From Eledone cirrhosa (lineage: Eukaryota): a stretch of 64,000 nt of DNA. Numbering within the stretch: position 1 is the stretch's first letter; the number at the start of each line of letters is the position of its first letter. The notes below the pieces were generated by a model, which made no database searches, was not told where the DNA came from, and saw only the letters and a list, made by a program, of their open reading frames with translations. The stretch lies in assembly GCA_964016885.1 (NCBI GenBank), contig OZ024752.1, forward strand, positions 8,308,001 to 8,372,000. Direction: 5' to 3'. Below are positions 1 through 12,113 of this stretch, piece after piece. A program made the position numbers and the translations under genes.

Positions 1-3000
1 GCAGGAAACTGGGAGAAATGTTAAGGTGTTGGGTTAAATGTGGCAGGAAACTGGGAGAGATGTTAAGGTGTTGGGCTAAATGTCCCTGGAAACTAGGAGA
101 GATGTTAAGGTGTTGGGCTAAATGTGGCAGGAAACTGGGAGAAATTTTAAGGTGTTGGGCTAAATGTGGCAGGAAACTGGGAGAGATGTTAAGGTGTTGG
201 GCTAAATGTGGCAGGAAATTGAGAGAAATGTTAAGGTGTTGGGTTAAATGTGGCAGGAAACTGGGAGAGATGTTAAGGTGTTGGGCTAAATGTGGCAGAA
301 AATGGGAGATATGGTAGAGTGTTCAGCTAAATGTGGCAGGAAACTGGGAGAAATGTTAAGGTGTTGGGCTAAATATGGCATGAAACTGGGCGAGATGGTA
401 AGGTGTTGGGCTAAATGTGGCAGGAAACTGGGAAAGATGGTAAAGTATTGGGCTAAATGTGGCAGGAAACTGGGAGAGATGGTAAAGTGTTGGGCTAAAT
501 GTCGCAGGAAACTGTGAGAAATTTTAAGGTGTTGGGCTAAATGTGGCAGGAAACTGGGAGAGATGTTAAGGTGTTGGGCTAAATGTGGCAGGAAACTGGG
601 AGAAATTTTAAGGTGTTGGGCTAAATGTGGCAGGAAACTGGGAGAGATGTTAAGGTGTTGGGTAAAATGTGGCAGGAAACTGGGAGAAATGTTAAGGTGT
701 TGGGCTAAATGTGGCAGGAAACTGGGAGAAAATTTAAGGTGTTGGGTTAAATGTGGCAGAAAATGGGAGAGATGGTAAAGTGTTGGGCTAAATGTGGCAG
801 GAAACTGGGAGAAATGTTAAGGTGTTGGGCTAAATGTGGCAGGAAACTGGGAGAAATGTTAAGGTGTTGGGCTAAATGTGGCAGGAAACCAGGAGAGATG
901 TTAAGGTGTTGGGCTAAATGTGGCAGGAAACTGGGAGAAATGTTAAGGTGTTGGGCTAAATGTGGCAGGAAACTGGGAGAAATGTTAAGGTGTTGGGTTA
1001 AATGTGGCAGAAACTGGGAGAGATGGTAAAGTGTTGGGCTAAATGTGGCAGGAAAATGGGAGAAATGTTAAGGTGTTCGGCTAAATGTGGCAGGAAACTG
1101 GGAGAAATGTTAAGGTGTCGGGCTAAATGTGGCAGGAAACTGGGAGAAATGTTAAGGTGTTGAGTTAAATGTGGCAGAAAATGGGAGAAATGGTAAAGTG
1201 TTGGGCTAAATGTGGCAGGAAACTAGGAGAAATGTTAAGGTGTTGGGCTAAATGTGGCAGGAAACTAGGAGAGACTTTAAGGTGTTGGGCTAAATGTGGC
1301 AGGAAACTGGGAGAAATGTTAAGGTGCTGGGCTAAATGTGGCAGGAAACTGGGAGAGATGTTAAGGTGTTGGGCTAAATGTGGCAGGAAACTGGGAGAAA
1401 TTTTAAGGTGTTGGGCTAAATGTGGCAGGAAACTGGGAGAGATGTTAAGGTGTTGAGCTAAATGTGGCAGAAAATGGGAGAGATGGTAAAGTGTTGGGCT
1501 AAATGTGGCAGGCAACTCGGAGAGATGGTAAAGTGTTGGGCTGAATGTGGCAGGAAACTGGGAGAGATGTTAAGGTGTTGGGCTAAATGTGGCAGAAACT
1601 GGGAGAGATGTTAAGGTGTTGGGCTAAATGTGGCAGGAAACTGGGCGAGATGGTAAGGAGTTGGGCTAAATATGGCAGGAAACTGGGAAAGATGGTAAAG
1701 TGTTGGGCTAAATGTGGCAGGAAACTTGGAGAGATGTTAAGGTGTTGAGCTAAATGTGGCCGAAAATGGGCGAGATGGTAAAGTGTTGGGCTAAATGTGG
1801 CAGGCAACTGGGAGAGATGGTAAAGTGTTGGGCTGAATGTGGCAGGAAACTGGGAGAGATGTTAAGGTATTGGGCTAAATGTGGCAGAAACTGGGAGAGA
1901 TGTTAAGGTGTTGGGCTAAATGTGGCAGGAAACTGGGAGAAATGTTAAGGTGCTGGGCTAAATGTGGCAGGAAACTGGGAGAGATGTTAAGGTGTTGGGC
2001 TAAATGTGGCAGGAAACTAGGAGAGATGTTAAGGTGTTGGGCTAAATGTGGCAGGAAACTGGGAGAAATGTTAAGGTGTTGGGTTAAATGTGGCAGGAAA
2101 CTGGGAGAGATGGTAAAGTGTTGAGCTAAATGTGGCAGGAAACTGGGAGAGATGGTAAAGTGTTGGGCTGAATGTGGCAGGAAACTGGGAGATGTTAAGG
2201 TGTTGGGCTAAATGTGGCAGGAAACTGGGAGAGATGTTAAGGTGTTGAGCTAAATGTGGCAGAAAATGGGAGAGATGTTAAGTTGTTGGGTTAAATGTGG
2301 CAGGAAACTGGGAGAAATGTTAAGGTGTTGGGCTAAATGTGGCAGGAAACTGGGAGAAATGTTAAGGTGTTGGGTTAAATGTGGCAGGAAATAGGGAGAG
2401 ATGTTAAGGTGTTGGGCCAAATGTGGCAGGAAACTGGGAGAGATAGTAAAGTGTTGGGCTAAATGTGGCAGGAAACTGGGAGAGATGGTAATGTGTTGGG
2501 CTGAATGTGGCAGGAAACTGGGAGAGATGTTAAGGTGTTGGGCTAAATGTGGCAGGAAACTAGGAGAGATATTAATGTGCTGGGCTAAATGTGGCAGGAA
2601 ACTGGGAGAAATGTTAAGGTGTTGGGTTAAACGTGGCAGGAAACTGGGAGAGATGGTAAAGTGTTGGGCTGAATGTGGCAGGAAACTGGGAGAGATGTTA
2701 AGGTGTTGGGCTAAATGTGGCAGGAAACTGGGAGAGATGTTAAGGTGCTGAGCTAAATGTGGCAGAAAATGGGAGAGATGGTAAAGTGTTGGGCTAAATG
2801 TGGCAGGCAACTGGGAGAAATGTTAAAGTGTTGGGCTAAATGTGGCAGGAAACTCGGAGAAATGTTAAGGTGTTGGGTTAAATGTGGCAGGAAATAGGGA
2901 GAGATGTTAAGGTGTTGGGCTAAATGTGGCAGGAAACTGGGAGAGATAGTAAAGTGTTGGGCTAAATGTGGCAGGAAACTGGGAGAGATGGTAAAGTGTT

Positions 3001-4980
3001 GGGCTGAATGTGGCAGGAAACTGGGAGAGATGTTAAGGTGTTGGGCTAAATGTGGCAGGAAACTAGGAGAGATGTTAATGTGCTGGGCTAAATGTGGCAG
3101 AAAACTGGGAGAAATGTTAAGGTGTTGGGTTAAATGTGGCAGGAAACTGGGAGAGATGGTAAAGTGTTGGGCTGAATGTGGCAGGAAACTGGGAGAGATG
3201 TTAAGGTGTTGGGCTAAATGTGGCAGGAAACTGGGAGAGATGTTAAGGTGTTGAGCTAAATGTGGCAGAAAATGGGAGAGATGGTAAAGTGTTGGGCTAA
3301 ATGTGGCAGGCAACTGGGAGAAATGTTAAAGTGTTGGGCTAAATGTGGCAGGAAACTGGGAGAAATGTTAAGGTGTTGGGTTAAATGTGGCAGGAAATAG
3401 GGAGAGATGTTAAGGTGTTGGGCTAAAAGTGGCAGGAAACCGGGAGAGATGGTAAAGTGTTGGGCTAAATGTGTCAGGAAACTGGGAGAAATGGTAAAGT
3501 GTTGGGCTAAATGTGGCAGGCAACTGGGAGAAATGTTAAAGTGTTGGGCTAAATGTGGCAGGAAACTGGGAGAAATGTTAACGTGTTGGGTTAAATGTGG
3601 CAGGAAATAAGGAGAGATGGTAAAGTGTTGGGCTGAATGTGGCAGGAAACTGGGAGAGATGTTAAGGTGTTGGGCTAAATGTGACAGGAAACTGGGAGAG
3701 ATGTTAAGGTGTTGGGCTAAATGTGGCAGGAAACTGGGAGAGATGGTAAAGTGTTGGGCTAAATGTGGCAGGAAACTGGGAGAGATGTTAAGGTGTTGGG
3801 CTAAATGTGGCAGGAAACTAGGAGAGATGTTAAGGTGTTGGGTTAAATGTGGCAGGAAATAGCGAGAGATGTTAAGGTGTTGGGCTAAATGTGGCAGGAA
3901 ACTGGGAGAGATGGTAAAGTGTTGGGCTGAATGTGGCAGGAAACTGGGAGAGATGTTAAGGCGTTGGGCTAAATGTGGCAGGAAACTGGGAGAGATGGTA
4001 AGGTTTTGAGCTAAATGTGGCAGAAAATGGGAGAGATGGTAAAGTGTTGGGCTAAATGTGGCAGGCAACTGGGAGAAATGTTAAAGTGTTGGGCTAAATG
4101 TGGCAGGAAACTGGGAGAAATGTTAAGGTGTTGGGTTAGATGTGGCAGAAAATAGGGAGAGATGGTAAAGTGTTGGGCTGAATGTGGCAGGAAACTGGGA
4201 GAGATGTTAAGGTGTTGGGCTAAATGTGGCAGGAAACTGGGAGAGATGTTAAGGTGTTGGGCTAAATGTGGCAGGAAACTTGGAGAAATGTTAAGGTGTT
4301 GGGTTAAATGTGGCAGGAAACTGGGAGAAATGTTAAGGTGTTGGGTTAAATGTGGCAGGAAACTGAGAGAGACGTTAAGGTGTTGGGCTAAATGTGGCAG
4401 GAAACTGGGAGAGATGTTAAGGTGTTGGGCTAAACGTGGCAGGAAACTGGGAGAGATGTTAAGGTGTTGGGCTAAATGTGGCAGGAAACTGGGAGAGATG
4501 TTAAGGTGTTGAGCTAAATGTGGCAGAAAATGGGAGAGATGGTAAAGTGTTGGGCTAAATGTGGCAGGCAACTGGGAGAAATGTTAAAGTGTTGGGCTAA
4601 ATGTGGCAGGAAACTGGGAGAGATGTTAAGGTGTTGGGCTAAATGTGGCAGGAAACTGGGAGAGATGTTAAGGCGTTGGGCTAAATGTGGCAGGAAACTA
4701 GGAGAGATGGTAAAGTGTTGAACTAAATGTGGCAGGAAGCTGGGAGAGATGGTAAGGTGTTGGGCTAAATGTGGCAGGAAACTTGGAGAGATGGTAAAGT
4801 GTTGGGCTAAATGTGGAAGGAAACTAGGAGAGATGGTAAAGTGTTGGGCTAAATGTGGCAGGAAACTAGGAGAGATGGTAAAGTGTTGGACTAAATGTGG
4901 CAGGAAACTGGGAGAGATGGTAAGGTGTTGGGCTAAATGTGGCAGGAAACTGGGAGAGATGGTAAAGTGTTGGGCTAAAT
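1..4980. repeat. 42-bp tandem satellite (~118 units visible, runs off the left edge) with ~503-bp (12-mer) higher-order repeat
   Basis: Unit GCAGGAAACTGGGAGAGATGTTAAGGTGTTGGGCTAAATGTG. The variant TGAGCTAAATGTGGCAGAAAATGGG recurs near 2250, 2753, 3256, 4011 and 4514. All ORFs here are 14-aa periodic artefacts. Confidence 0.97.
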
Positions 4981-5317
4981 CCCTGGTGGTATTTGTTCTG
5001 TCTCTCTCTGTTCTGGCTTCAATTGCTACCAAAGATTCTTTTCGGTATCTAATTTCTTTGACTCCGGAACAATGAAAGGCAAACATTGATTTTGGCAGGG
5101 TTTGAGCTCTGAACATAAAAGCCCAGTTTAACACTACAACTTGACCCATGGGTACCTTTGGCAAAGTTTACTCTGATGTAAGCATTCTGGCCAGGTCTCT
5201 GGTTTGAGTGTAACTCCCTCCCTCTTGTTTCTGAATCCTTGAAAAGGGTCATGGGTATTGCCTTTCCCTCACTCAGCAGTAAATATTAAAGTACCAGTGA
5301 AGATCAGTGGAGGGTCA

Positions 5318-5477
5318 GACGTAATATTTGGAGTGTCGGACATAATATCTGGAGTGTCAGACATAATATTTGGAGAGTCGGACATGATATTTGGAGTGGA
5401 GTGTCAGATATAATATTTGGAGAGTCAGACATAATATTTGGAGTGTTGGACATAATATCTGGAGAGTCAGACATAAT
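5318..5477. repeat. ~21-bp minisatellite (GACATAATATTTGGAGTGTCA), ~7 copies
   Basis: Direct tandem repetition visible in the sequence. Confidence 0.85.
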
Positions 5478-5689
5478 GCTTTTTAGTATTTTTATCAGTC
5501 CATCATCAACAATTTCCAGTTTCTATGCTGGCATGGGCTTGATGAATTGTAATAGTCCGAGTCAATCCTTATCTTGAACTTCTGCTTTCCGAAATAGTTT
5601 AGAGGACATTCCAAATGTTAGCTTGATCTCTATGGCTGGAGGTCCTTCCTGACATTAATCACTTTACAAAAAACTGAAGCCATCTCCTT

Positions 5690-6419
5690 CTCTGCAGATG
5701 AAATGACCTTTGGAGCAAGTGAGAAGGCATGTTTCTACTGCATAGATTGTCTTTTTGTCTCTGGCTCAAAGTGATGAACACAACACTCATCCTGGTTTAG
5801 GAAACATTCAAGGAAACCTGGTGGATCTGGCTCAAACAATGTCACAGTTCCCCGTGATGTGGTCAACCTGGTTCACATTTGATCAGGTGTCAGATGATAT
5901 GTCACCCACCGAGCAGAAGCCTTTGTCTTGCCAAGTTCATTGTGCAGAATATTCTCATCTCTCTCACAGGATATGCTAATAACATTGGCTATTTGATTTA
6001 TAGTCAATCACCTGTCATTTATTCCCATGTGGTGAACATGATCAATATTTTCCTTGGTGGTGGCAGTTGCAGGACGTCCAGTCCTTGGGTCATCTTCAAG
6101 ACTCTCCCTTCCCCTCCTAAATTTAGCTGTCCCCACTTTTGCATTGTTGTTAAAGCTGGAGTGTCATCCCCTAATGAAGCAACCATGCCAGCATAAATGT
6201 TCTTGGGGGCTAAACCCTTTTTCTGTAAGTTCTTGATAACACCACAATGCCAAATTTTGTCCATTTTCAAGAGAAGTCGTTACTAGTTACTTTTAAAGTC
6301 TTCTTTGAGCAGTCAGATGTCAGTTTACCTGGAAAGAACCAATATAGTTACTAATAAGAAAAGCTGAAATTAATGCACTCAAAATTTCAGTCAGCCTATG
6401 AACTTTTCAGCCCACCCTC

Positions 6420-6421
<2 letters not shown>
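5690..6421 (-). mobile_element. Degenerate Tc1/mariner transposon remnant (left TIR plus N-terminal transposase)
   Basis: Minus ORF 6019-6270 (MDKIWHCGVIKNLQKKGLAPKNIYAGMVASLGDDTPALTTMQKW) resembles the mariner HTH region. Minus-strand ATGAGGGTGGGCTGAAAAGTTCA at ~6399-6421 resembles a mariner terminal repeat and abuts a TA run. The left boundary is approximate. Confidence 0.75.
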
Positions 6422-6460
<39 letters not shown>

Positions 6461-7664
6461 CTAACAGGGAAAGTGGACATTAAAACGATGATGATGTAGT
6501 TGACAGATGAGAGAAAAGAGTACTCAATAATACTGAAGGAGAGTTTAAATATTCATTAAAACTGGGGTCAATTCTTCCTCTATATCTCTTTCTCATTTCT
6601 TTTCTCTCATTCTTACTATCTTTCTCTGGAAGAAAACTGCTGTACTCGGGCCTGGAGAGGAGATGGGCTCCACCAGGTTTTTAATAACCCAAGAAACGTT
6701 ATATGCCAATATAGCGCTCCTGCAAATGATTTTATTATTGGTAAGATTTATATAATTTCATTATTTCTTTTATTGATATTCATAATTCCTTCAAGACCAG
6801 ATGGTTAAACTAAATATTAATTTTCAAAGTATGATAAGCTACACATTTCTCTAAACAGATTTTTCCTTGAAGCTCTGTAATTTATTTCTTGGGACGTGAA
6901 AGAAATTCCAGCCATTAAAATATATCTCTGGTAATGATAGATAAAAAAGTACCAGTCTACTACTGGGGTAAATTCTTCCTCTATATCTCTTTTTTACTTC
7001 CTATCCTGTGGAAATCTGTTGTATTCCAGCCTTGAAAAGGGGGTGGGCTCTGCCAGGTTTAAAAATGCCCAAGAAGCGCTCTATGTCAATATGGCGTCCC
7101 TACAGTTCCCCCAGGAGTTACAGGTCCATACCATACCAAGGCTAGATTGATGGAGATTCTCATGCAAGACATGATCAAAGTGGTTAGAGACCACTAGTGT
7201 GTGATGATGGAGAGCATCATATTGGTTGCCTCAGAGAAAGGAGTCAAATTGCAGGTGATAAAGGAGATTGATATTTATAATTGTTTCCATAATTTGGAAG
7301 TAGTGTTGATAGTAGAGTAGGACCAAGGAAATTGTTATTAAAGAAATGGGAATTACTTTTTGATTCTAATTGATTGGAGAAGATTCACATAAAGGGGGAC
7401 AACTTAAACTGTTTTATGGAGTTTAAAAAGAAAGTTAGTGAACGGCAGAATATTTCCGTAATTTTTGGTAGGTTTTATTCAGAGTAACTGCTCTCCTAGA
7501 TGGGTTGCCTTTCACCAATGCTTATGAAACCTACATCTATCCCATTCAGTTTTATTTAATTGTTGTAACTGTTCTCCTAGATGGGTTGTCTTAAGTAGGA
7601 CTTACAAATCCCATGTTTACCCCGCTAAAATTATCCCTCGATACTCTCTTCTACTTTGCTTACT

Positions 7665-7920
7665 TATTCCTGAGAGGGTCATGGGGGCAGAGTCCTCAAA
7701 TACTCCTTCCAGTGGGTCCTGTTAGATGCAACCGTCTCCACCTCATCCGGCTGGATCCCCAAGCTCTTGGATGTTATCCAACCATCTTATTCGGGGTCTA
7801 CTCCTGAGTCTCCTGCTGGTCGGTTTTGTCTGTAAAATCTGTCCAGCGATTCTTTCCTGAGACATTCTAACCACATGCCCATAGTATCGGAGCTGTGATC
7901 TCTTAATTAAGAGAAGTAGA
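7665..7920 (-). mobile_element. 3' fragment of a second LINE family (RTE-like); related copies at ~9505-9930, ~23160-23250 and ~32570-32710
   Basis: Shared sequences GAGTCCTCAAACACTCC...GGGTCCTGTCAGAAGCAAC and TTCTTTCCTGAGACATTCTAAC. Minus translation LETVASDRTHWRECL resembles the C-terminus of an RTE ORF. Confidence 0.65.
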
Positions 7921-8214
7921 GTTACCCTCTGATCTCTGTGTTAAGCACTTTATCAGTTTTATTTCAGAGTTACAGTCCTCCAAAAATTGTTGTCTTTGCA
8001 ATGGTTCTCTACTCTGTATAGTTTTAATATGGAATTAGTTCTTCCCTTGACAAGTTGGTCAATATATAAGGATTTACTGAGTTATTCCTCTTAAGAGAGC
8101 TTTAGTTCTTGGTTCCCAGACTCCATCCCACCTCGTTGCTATCGGAGCGGAGTTGGCTGCCCGCAGGTATGAGCCCTGCAAGGTGGAGTGGCTGTTCCAG
8201 TGAGTCTTTCTCAC

Positions 8215-8314
8215 CGTACCCCGGGACAATATATTCTCCATCCTGTTGGCCAGAACCCAGAGGTGGAGGGTAAGTTAGTTGGAAGTGGAAGATACTCGTT
8301 CGGACGTCACTTCC
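8215..8314 (-). promoter_or_regulatory. Candidate promoter (ETS-CRE-like GGAAGTGACGT) and possible short first exon (MENILSRGT) of a leftward gene
   Basis: Locally GC-richer island. Minus-strand GGAAGTGACGT at 8304-8314, ATG at 8241, then nine codons and a CG|GTGAGA donor at 8214. No downstream exon identified. Confidence 0.3.
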
Positions 8315-8679
8315 TTTCAGTCCAAGATCAGTAATTATGATATTTATCATAATTAACGAAAATATAATATAACTGAGTAAAATTTAAAATAACTTTTTCT
8401 AGTTCGTCTCATTTGAATAATATGGGAAACGTAAAGAGTTGATTCTTGTTTGGGAAAATGGAGATAGAAAGACCACTATACTACTGTGATGTCTCCTAAC
8501 TAAACACAAATGTACTCCTATAAGAGACGACATATTAGTGATATCTGTGGTGAATTATTTCCTAAATAACTCATGGTAACATTTTACAACACCACCCGTC
8601 TCTTACTGGAGGTGGCGTTTATGTTTTTTCTATGTTATTATTATTTTTTTAAAAGGTATTTTGATGTGCTCTGAATCAG

Positions 8680-9085
8680 TCGGAAATTAATCGTTTTATT
8701 AGTTAACGGCAGTGTGGTGAGACACTGGGTGTTTTCTTTACAATTTCACCCGTCTTTAGATGTAAAATTTGTTTTTTCTCCCCCAGAAACGTCGGAATTA
8801 TTTGTTTTTCAAGTTACCGAAGGGGAGAGCACTCTCTGACTTCTCCAGTTTAACGCGAATATTACACTTGTCTCGCTTTGGAGGTAAACTGTTTTTCCTA
8901 CGATTTCTGATGTGGTTTGAATTGATAAACTCTTTAAAAATATCGGAAGTTATTCGATATATATTTTTTTGTTAATTGGGGGAAGAAAAACAACTTTTAC
9001 GTCAAAGTGAGACGGGTGAAATTGTAAAGAAAACACCGTGTGTCCCACCACACCACCGTTAACTAATAAAACAATTAATTTTCGA
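8680..9085. mobile_element. Foldback/MITE-like element with ~100-bp imperfect terminal inverted repeats
   Basis: 8680-8790 (TTTTATTAGTTAACGG...GGTGTTTTCTTTACAATTTCACCCGTCT) is the reverse complement of 8975-9085 (AGACGGGTGAAATTGTAAAGAAAACACC...CCGTTAACTAATAAAA). Confidence 0.75.
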
Positions 9086-9261
9086 CAATATATTTCACTT
9101 CTAACGTGAGATGTGTGTAACTGTAAGTTCTTTAACCACACAGACACGGGGGTTAAAAACAACATTTATAACTAGTACTGCCAGTTATTGGTCACATCTA
9201 ACCTGGGGTTAAAGAACAAGCACTCTCTAGTAATTAGAGGTACATTCTTTCAGTACAATCA

Positions 9262-9437
9262 ACACCACTTCCGGTATGTCAGCCACACTCTTTACTAAAT
9301 CTATAAACACTGGAGATTAATTTTACTCTCTCTACATTGTGTTATTAATCAGGCGTTAAATGTTGTAATTAACCCGACAGCTTGCTCATTAACAACACTA
9401 ATGATGTGTTTCTATAACTGATATTTCTTTGATCAAG
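9262..9437 (+). promoter_or_regulatory. Candidate promoter and non-coding first exon of ZF gene 1
   Basis: ETS-type ACTTCCGG at ~9267-9274 and an AAG|GTAAAT donor at 9437/9438, upstream of the acceptor at 10806. Confidence 0.35.
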
Positions 9438-9959
9438 GTAAATTATTTCTTACTGTTGAAATTTTGAACAAAATATTTCGACAAAAATATTCTTTTTGTC
9501 TCAATCTTCTTCGCCCACTTATTCCTGAGAAAGTCGTGGGGGCAGAGTCCTCAAACACTCCTTTCAGCGGGTCCTGTCAGAAGCAACAGTCTCCAACTGG
9601 ACACCAAGTGTGACCAGCCAAGCTCAGGGATGTTATCCAACTATCTTGCTCGGGGGCTACCCCTGGGTTTCCTACCGGTTGTTTTACTCGTAAAATCTGC
9701 CCAGCGATTCTTTCCTGAGACATTCTAACCCCATGACCATAGCATCAGAGCTGTGATCTCTCAATCCGCAGAAATACCTCAAGTGACTCTCTGATCTCCG
9801 AGCTACATACTCTATTAAGTAACAAAGTCCCTTCAGAGGAATCCCATTTCGGCCGCTTGTATTCGCGATCATATTCTCTCGGACATTACCCAAGATTCAT
9901 GACCATAGGTAAGGGTTGGCACGAATAACGAATTGAAAATAGTGATCTTGGCTTTTACA

Positions 9960-10295
9960 CCTGTATTTTATCATGGCACCAGCACTACCTCTATACAGAA
10001 TGTACTGGGTGCCTTTTATCTTGGTACCAGCTCTACACTTACAGAGTGTACTGGGTGCATTTTATCTTGGCATCAGCTCTACCTCTTACAGAGAGTACTG
10101 GGTGCATTTTATCTTGACACCAGCTCTACCTCTATACAGTGTGTACTGGGTATATTTCATGAGGCACCAGCACTACCACTTTACAGAGTGTACTGGGTGC
10201 ATTCTATCATGACACCAGCACTACCACTTACAGAGTGTACAAGGTGTATTTTATCATGGCATCAGCACTACCACTTACAGAGTGTACTAGGTTCA
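9960..10295. repeat. Degenerate ~43-49-bp tandem repeat related to the RTE 3' UTR unit
   Basis: About 7-8 copies of CACTTACAGAGTGTACTGGGTGCATTTTATCATGGCACCAGCACTAC, similar to the unit of the 49-bp satellite. Confidence 0.7.
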
Positions 10296-10549
10296 TGCAT
10301 TTCATAGTCACCATCACTAAAGAGGTTGTTTTATCCTTAACGAAGCAAAAATTGGGGTGGAGTGAGAGTATGACAGAAGAGCCATTGTGTGTGGGGTGGG
10401 GGGCAATAGTAGTTGAATATTGCCGAGAGAGAGAGAAATAGAGAAGTATTATTTGATTTAATTTTAATCACAAATGAAATTTCCAATGTTCACCTAAAAG
10501 TTTCTAATACAAATATATCAAAATTTCCACAGTTGAATCTCAACTTTTT

Positions 10550-10795
10550 AACTGTCCTCTATAATACTGTCCCCTATATATAATACTATCCTCTATATCT
10601 GATACGGTCCCCTATATCTAATACTATCTTTCATATCTAATACTTTCCCCTATATCTAATACTGTCCCCTCTATATAATACTGTTCCCTATATCTAATAC
10701 TGTACCCTGTATCTAATACTGTCCCCTATAATACTGTCCTCTATAATACTGTTCCCTCTATATAATACTGTCCCCTATATCTAATACTGTTTCTC
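10550..10795. repeat. 19-bp minisatellite (CTATATCTAATACTGTCCC), short version (~13 units), directly upstream of a splice acceptor
   Basis: The tandem units end in TTTCTCTATTATTTCAG (AG at 10805-10806). Confidence 0.9.
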
Positions 10796-10806
10796 TATTA
10801 TTTCAG

Positions 10807-11166
10807 AATATCAGATGACATTGACATAACAGAATATATCACTCGAAATCCATCATCAATGTTTATCATCTTTTAAAGACTAAAGGAACATTTTATACAG
10901 AACAGATATAACCCTGTTTATATAAATTTATGGAAGAATTACTGTGAAATATTTCCTCTGAACTGAGATTAATAGCAACATTTCTCTACTTCATTGTCTG
11001 GAATATGTACAAGATGGTTTTATATTCTAATGAAACTTGGATAGATTTACAAAGGATTTAGCAACATTTTCAGATATCAACAAAGATCACAGTTCATAGA
11101 AATATAACAACAGAAATATTTGTTAGGAATAAATTGCAAATAGAAAATGAACTAAAACATATCTTG
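10807..11166 (+). repeat. 360-bp non-coding block duplicated almost exactly at 19135-19494 (probable 5' UTR part of the ZF coding exon)
   Basis: Read base by base, the two copies match at offset 8328; I noticed a single difference (AATTGC vs AACTGC). Confidence 0.9.
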
Positions 11167-11186
11167 TGGAAAATTATTTTAGAAGC

Positions 11187-11402
11187 TTAACCCTTTACCA
11201 TTTGCATTACTCTATATATACTATTATATTTTCGTGGTAAAGGCTTTACCTCACATAACAGCAAATCTATGAGATTTTGATATTATTTATTTTGAGAACA
11301 ATACCTTAACATCAATATGAGCAGCAGGGTACAGTTAGTTTGAACAGGAAGAGGTCAGAGAATTCTGGCTGAGTACGGCCTGTTTAAATGTTAAACTATT
11401 AA
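11187..11402. mobile_element. piggyBac-type MITE immediately upstream of the ZF1 start codon
   Basis: Begins TTAA-CCCTTTA, the body matches the other family copies in this window, and the right end (AAATGTTAAACTATTAA) is degenerate. Confidence 0.75.
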
Positions 11403-11417
11403 TTTTTTCCTTAAAAG

Positions 11418-12113
11418 ATGTCAGGAGAGACAAAAAAATCATTGTACCACTGTGATGTCTGTGGTAAATCATTCTCTCAAAATGTTCACCTAACTACTCA
11501 CAAACGCATGCATACAGGAGAGAAGCCATATCACTGTGATATCTGTGATAAATCATTCTCTGATGGAAGCCACTTAACTAGACATAAACGTATTCATACA
11601 GGAGAGAAGCCATATCACTGTGATATCTGTGATAAATCATTCTCTGAAAATGGTCATTTAACTAAACACAAACATATTCATACAGGAGAGAAGCCATATC
11701 ACTGTGACATTTGTGGTAAATCATTCTCTGGAAGTAGTAACTTAACTAGACACAAACAGATTCATACAGGAGAGAAGCCCTATCACTGTGATATCTGTGG
11801 TAAATCATTTACCCATGGAAATACCTTGACTAGACACTTGTATATTCATACAGGAGAAAAGCCATACCACTGTGATATATGTGATAAATCATTCTCTCTA
11901 AAGCATCATTTAATTTCTCACAAACGTATACACACAGGAGAAACCCCGTATCATTGTGTTGTGTGTGGTGAATCATTCTCTCATGGAAATACCTTAACTA
12001 TACACAAACGTGTTCATACAGGGGAGAAACCATACCACTGTGATATCTGTGGTAAATCATTCTCCCAAAAAGTTCATTTAACTACACATCTAGGTATTCA
12101 TACAAAACGATAA
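11418..12113 (+). CDS. C2H2 zinc-finger protein, 8 tandem fingers (231 aa)
   Basis: Eight YHCDICGKSF-x5-L-x2-H-x3-H units joined by TGEKP linkers; open frame ending in TAA. Confidence 0.93.
   Translation: MSGETKKSLYHCDVCGKSFSQNVHLTTHKRMHTGEKPYHCDICDKSFSDGSHLTRHKRIHTGEKPYHCDICDKSFSENGHLTKHKHIHTGEKPYHCDICGKSFSGSSNLTRHKQIHTGEKPYHCDICGKSFTHGNTLTRHLYIHTGEKPYHCDICDKSFSLKHHLISHKRIHTGETPYHCVVCGESFSHGNTLTIHKRVHTGEKPYHCDICGKSFSQKVHLTTHLGIHTKR

Noticed and set aside
1-5164. Cys/Trp-rich (MLRCWAKCGRKLGE)n and His/Pro-rich ORFs as real proteins
   Set aside because: These are translations of a 42-bp satellite on both strands, with frequent frameshifts and stops and no splice structure.
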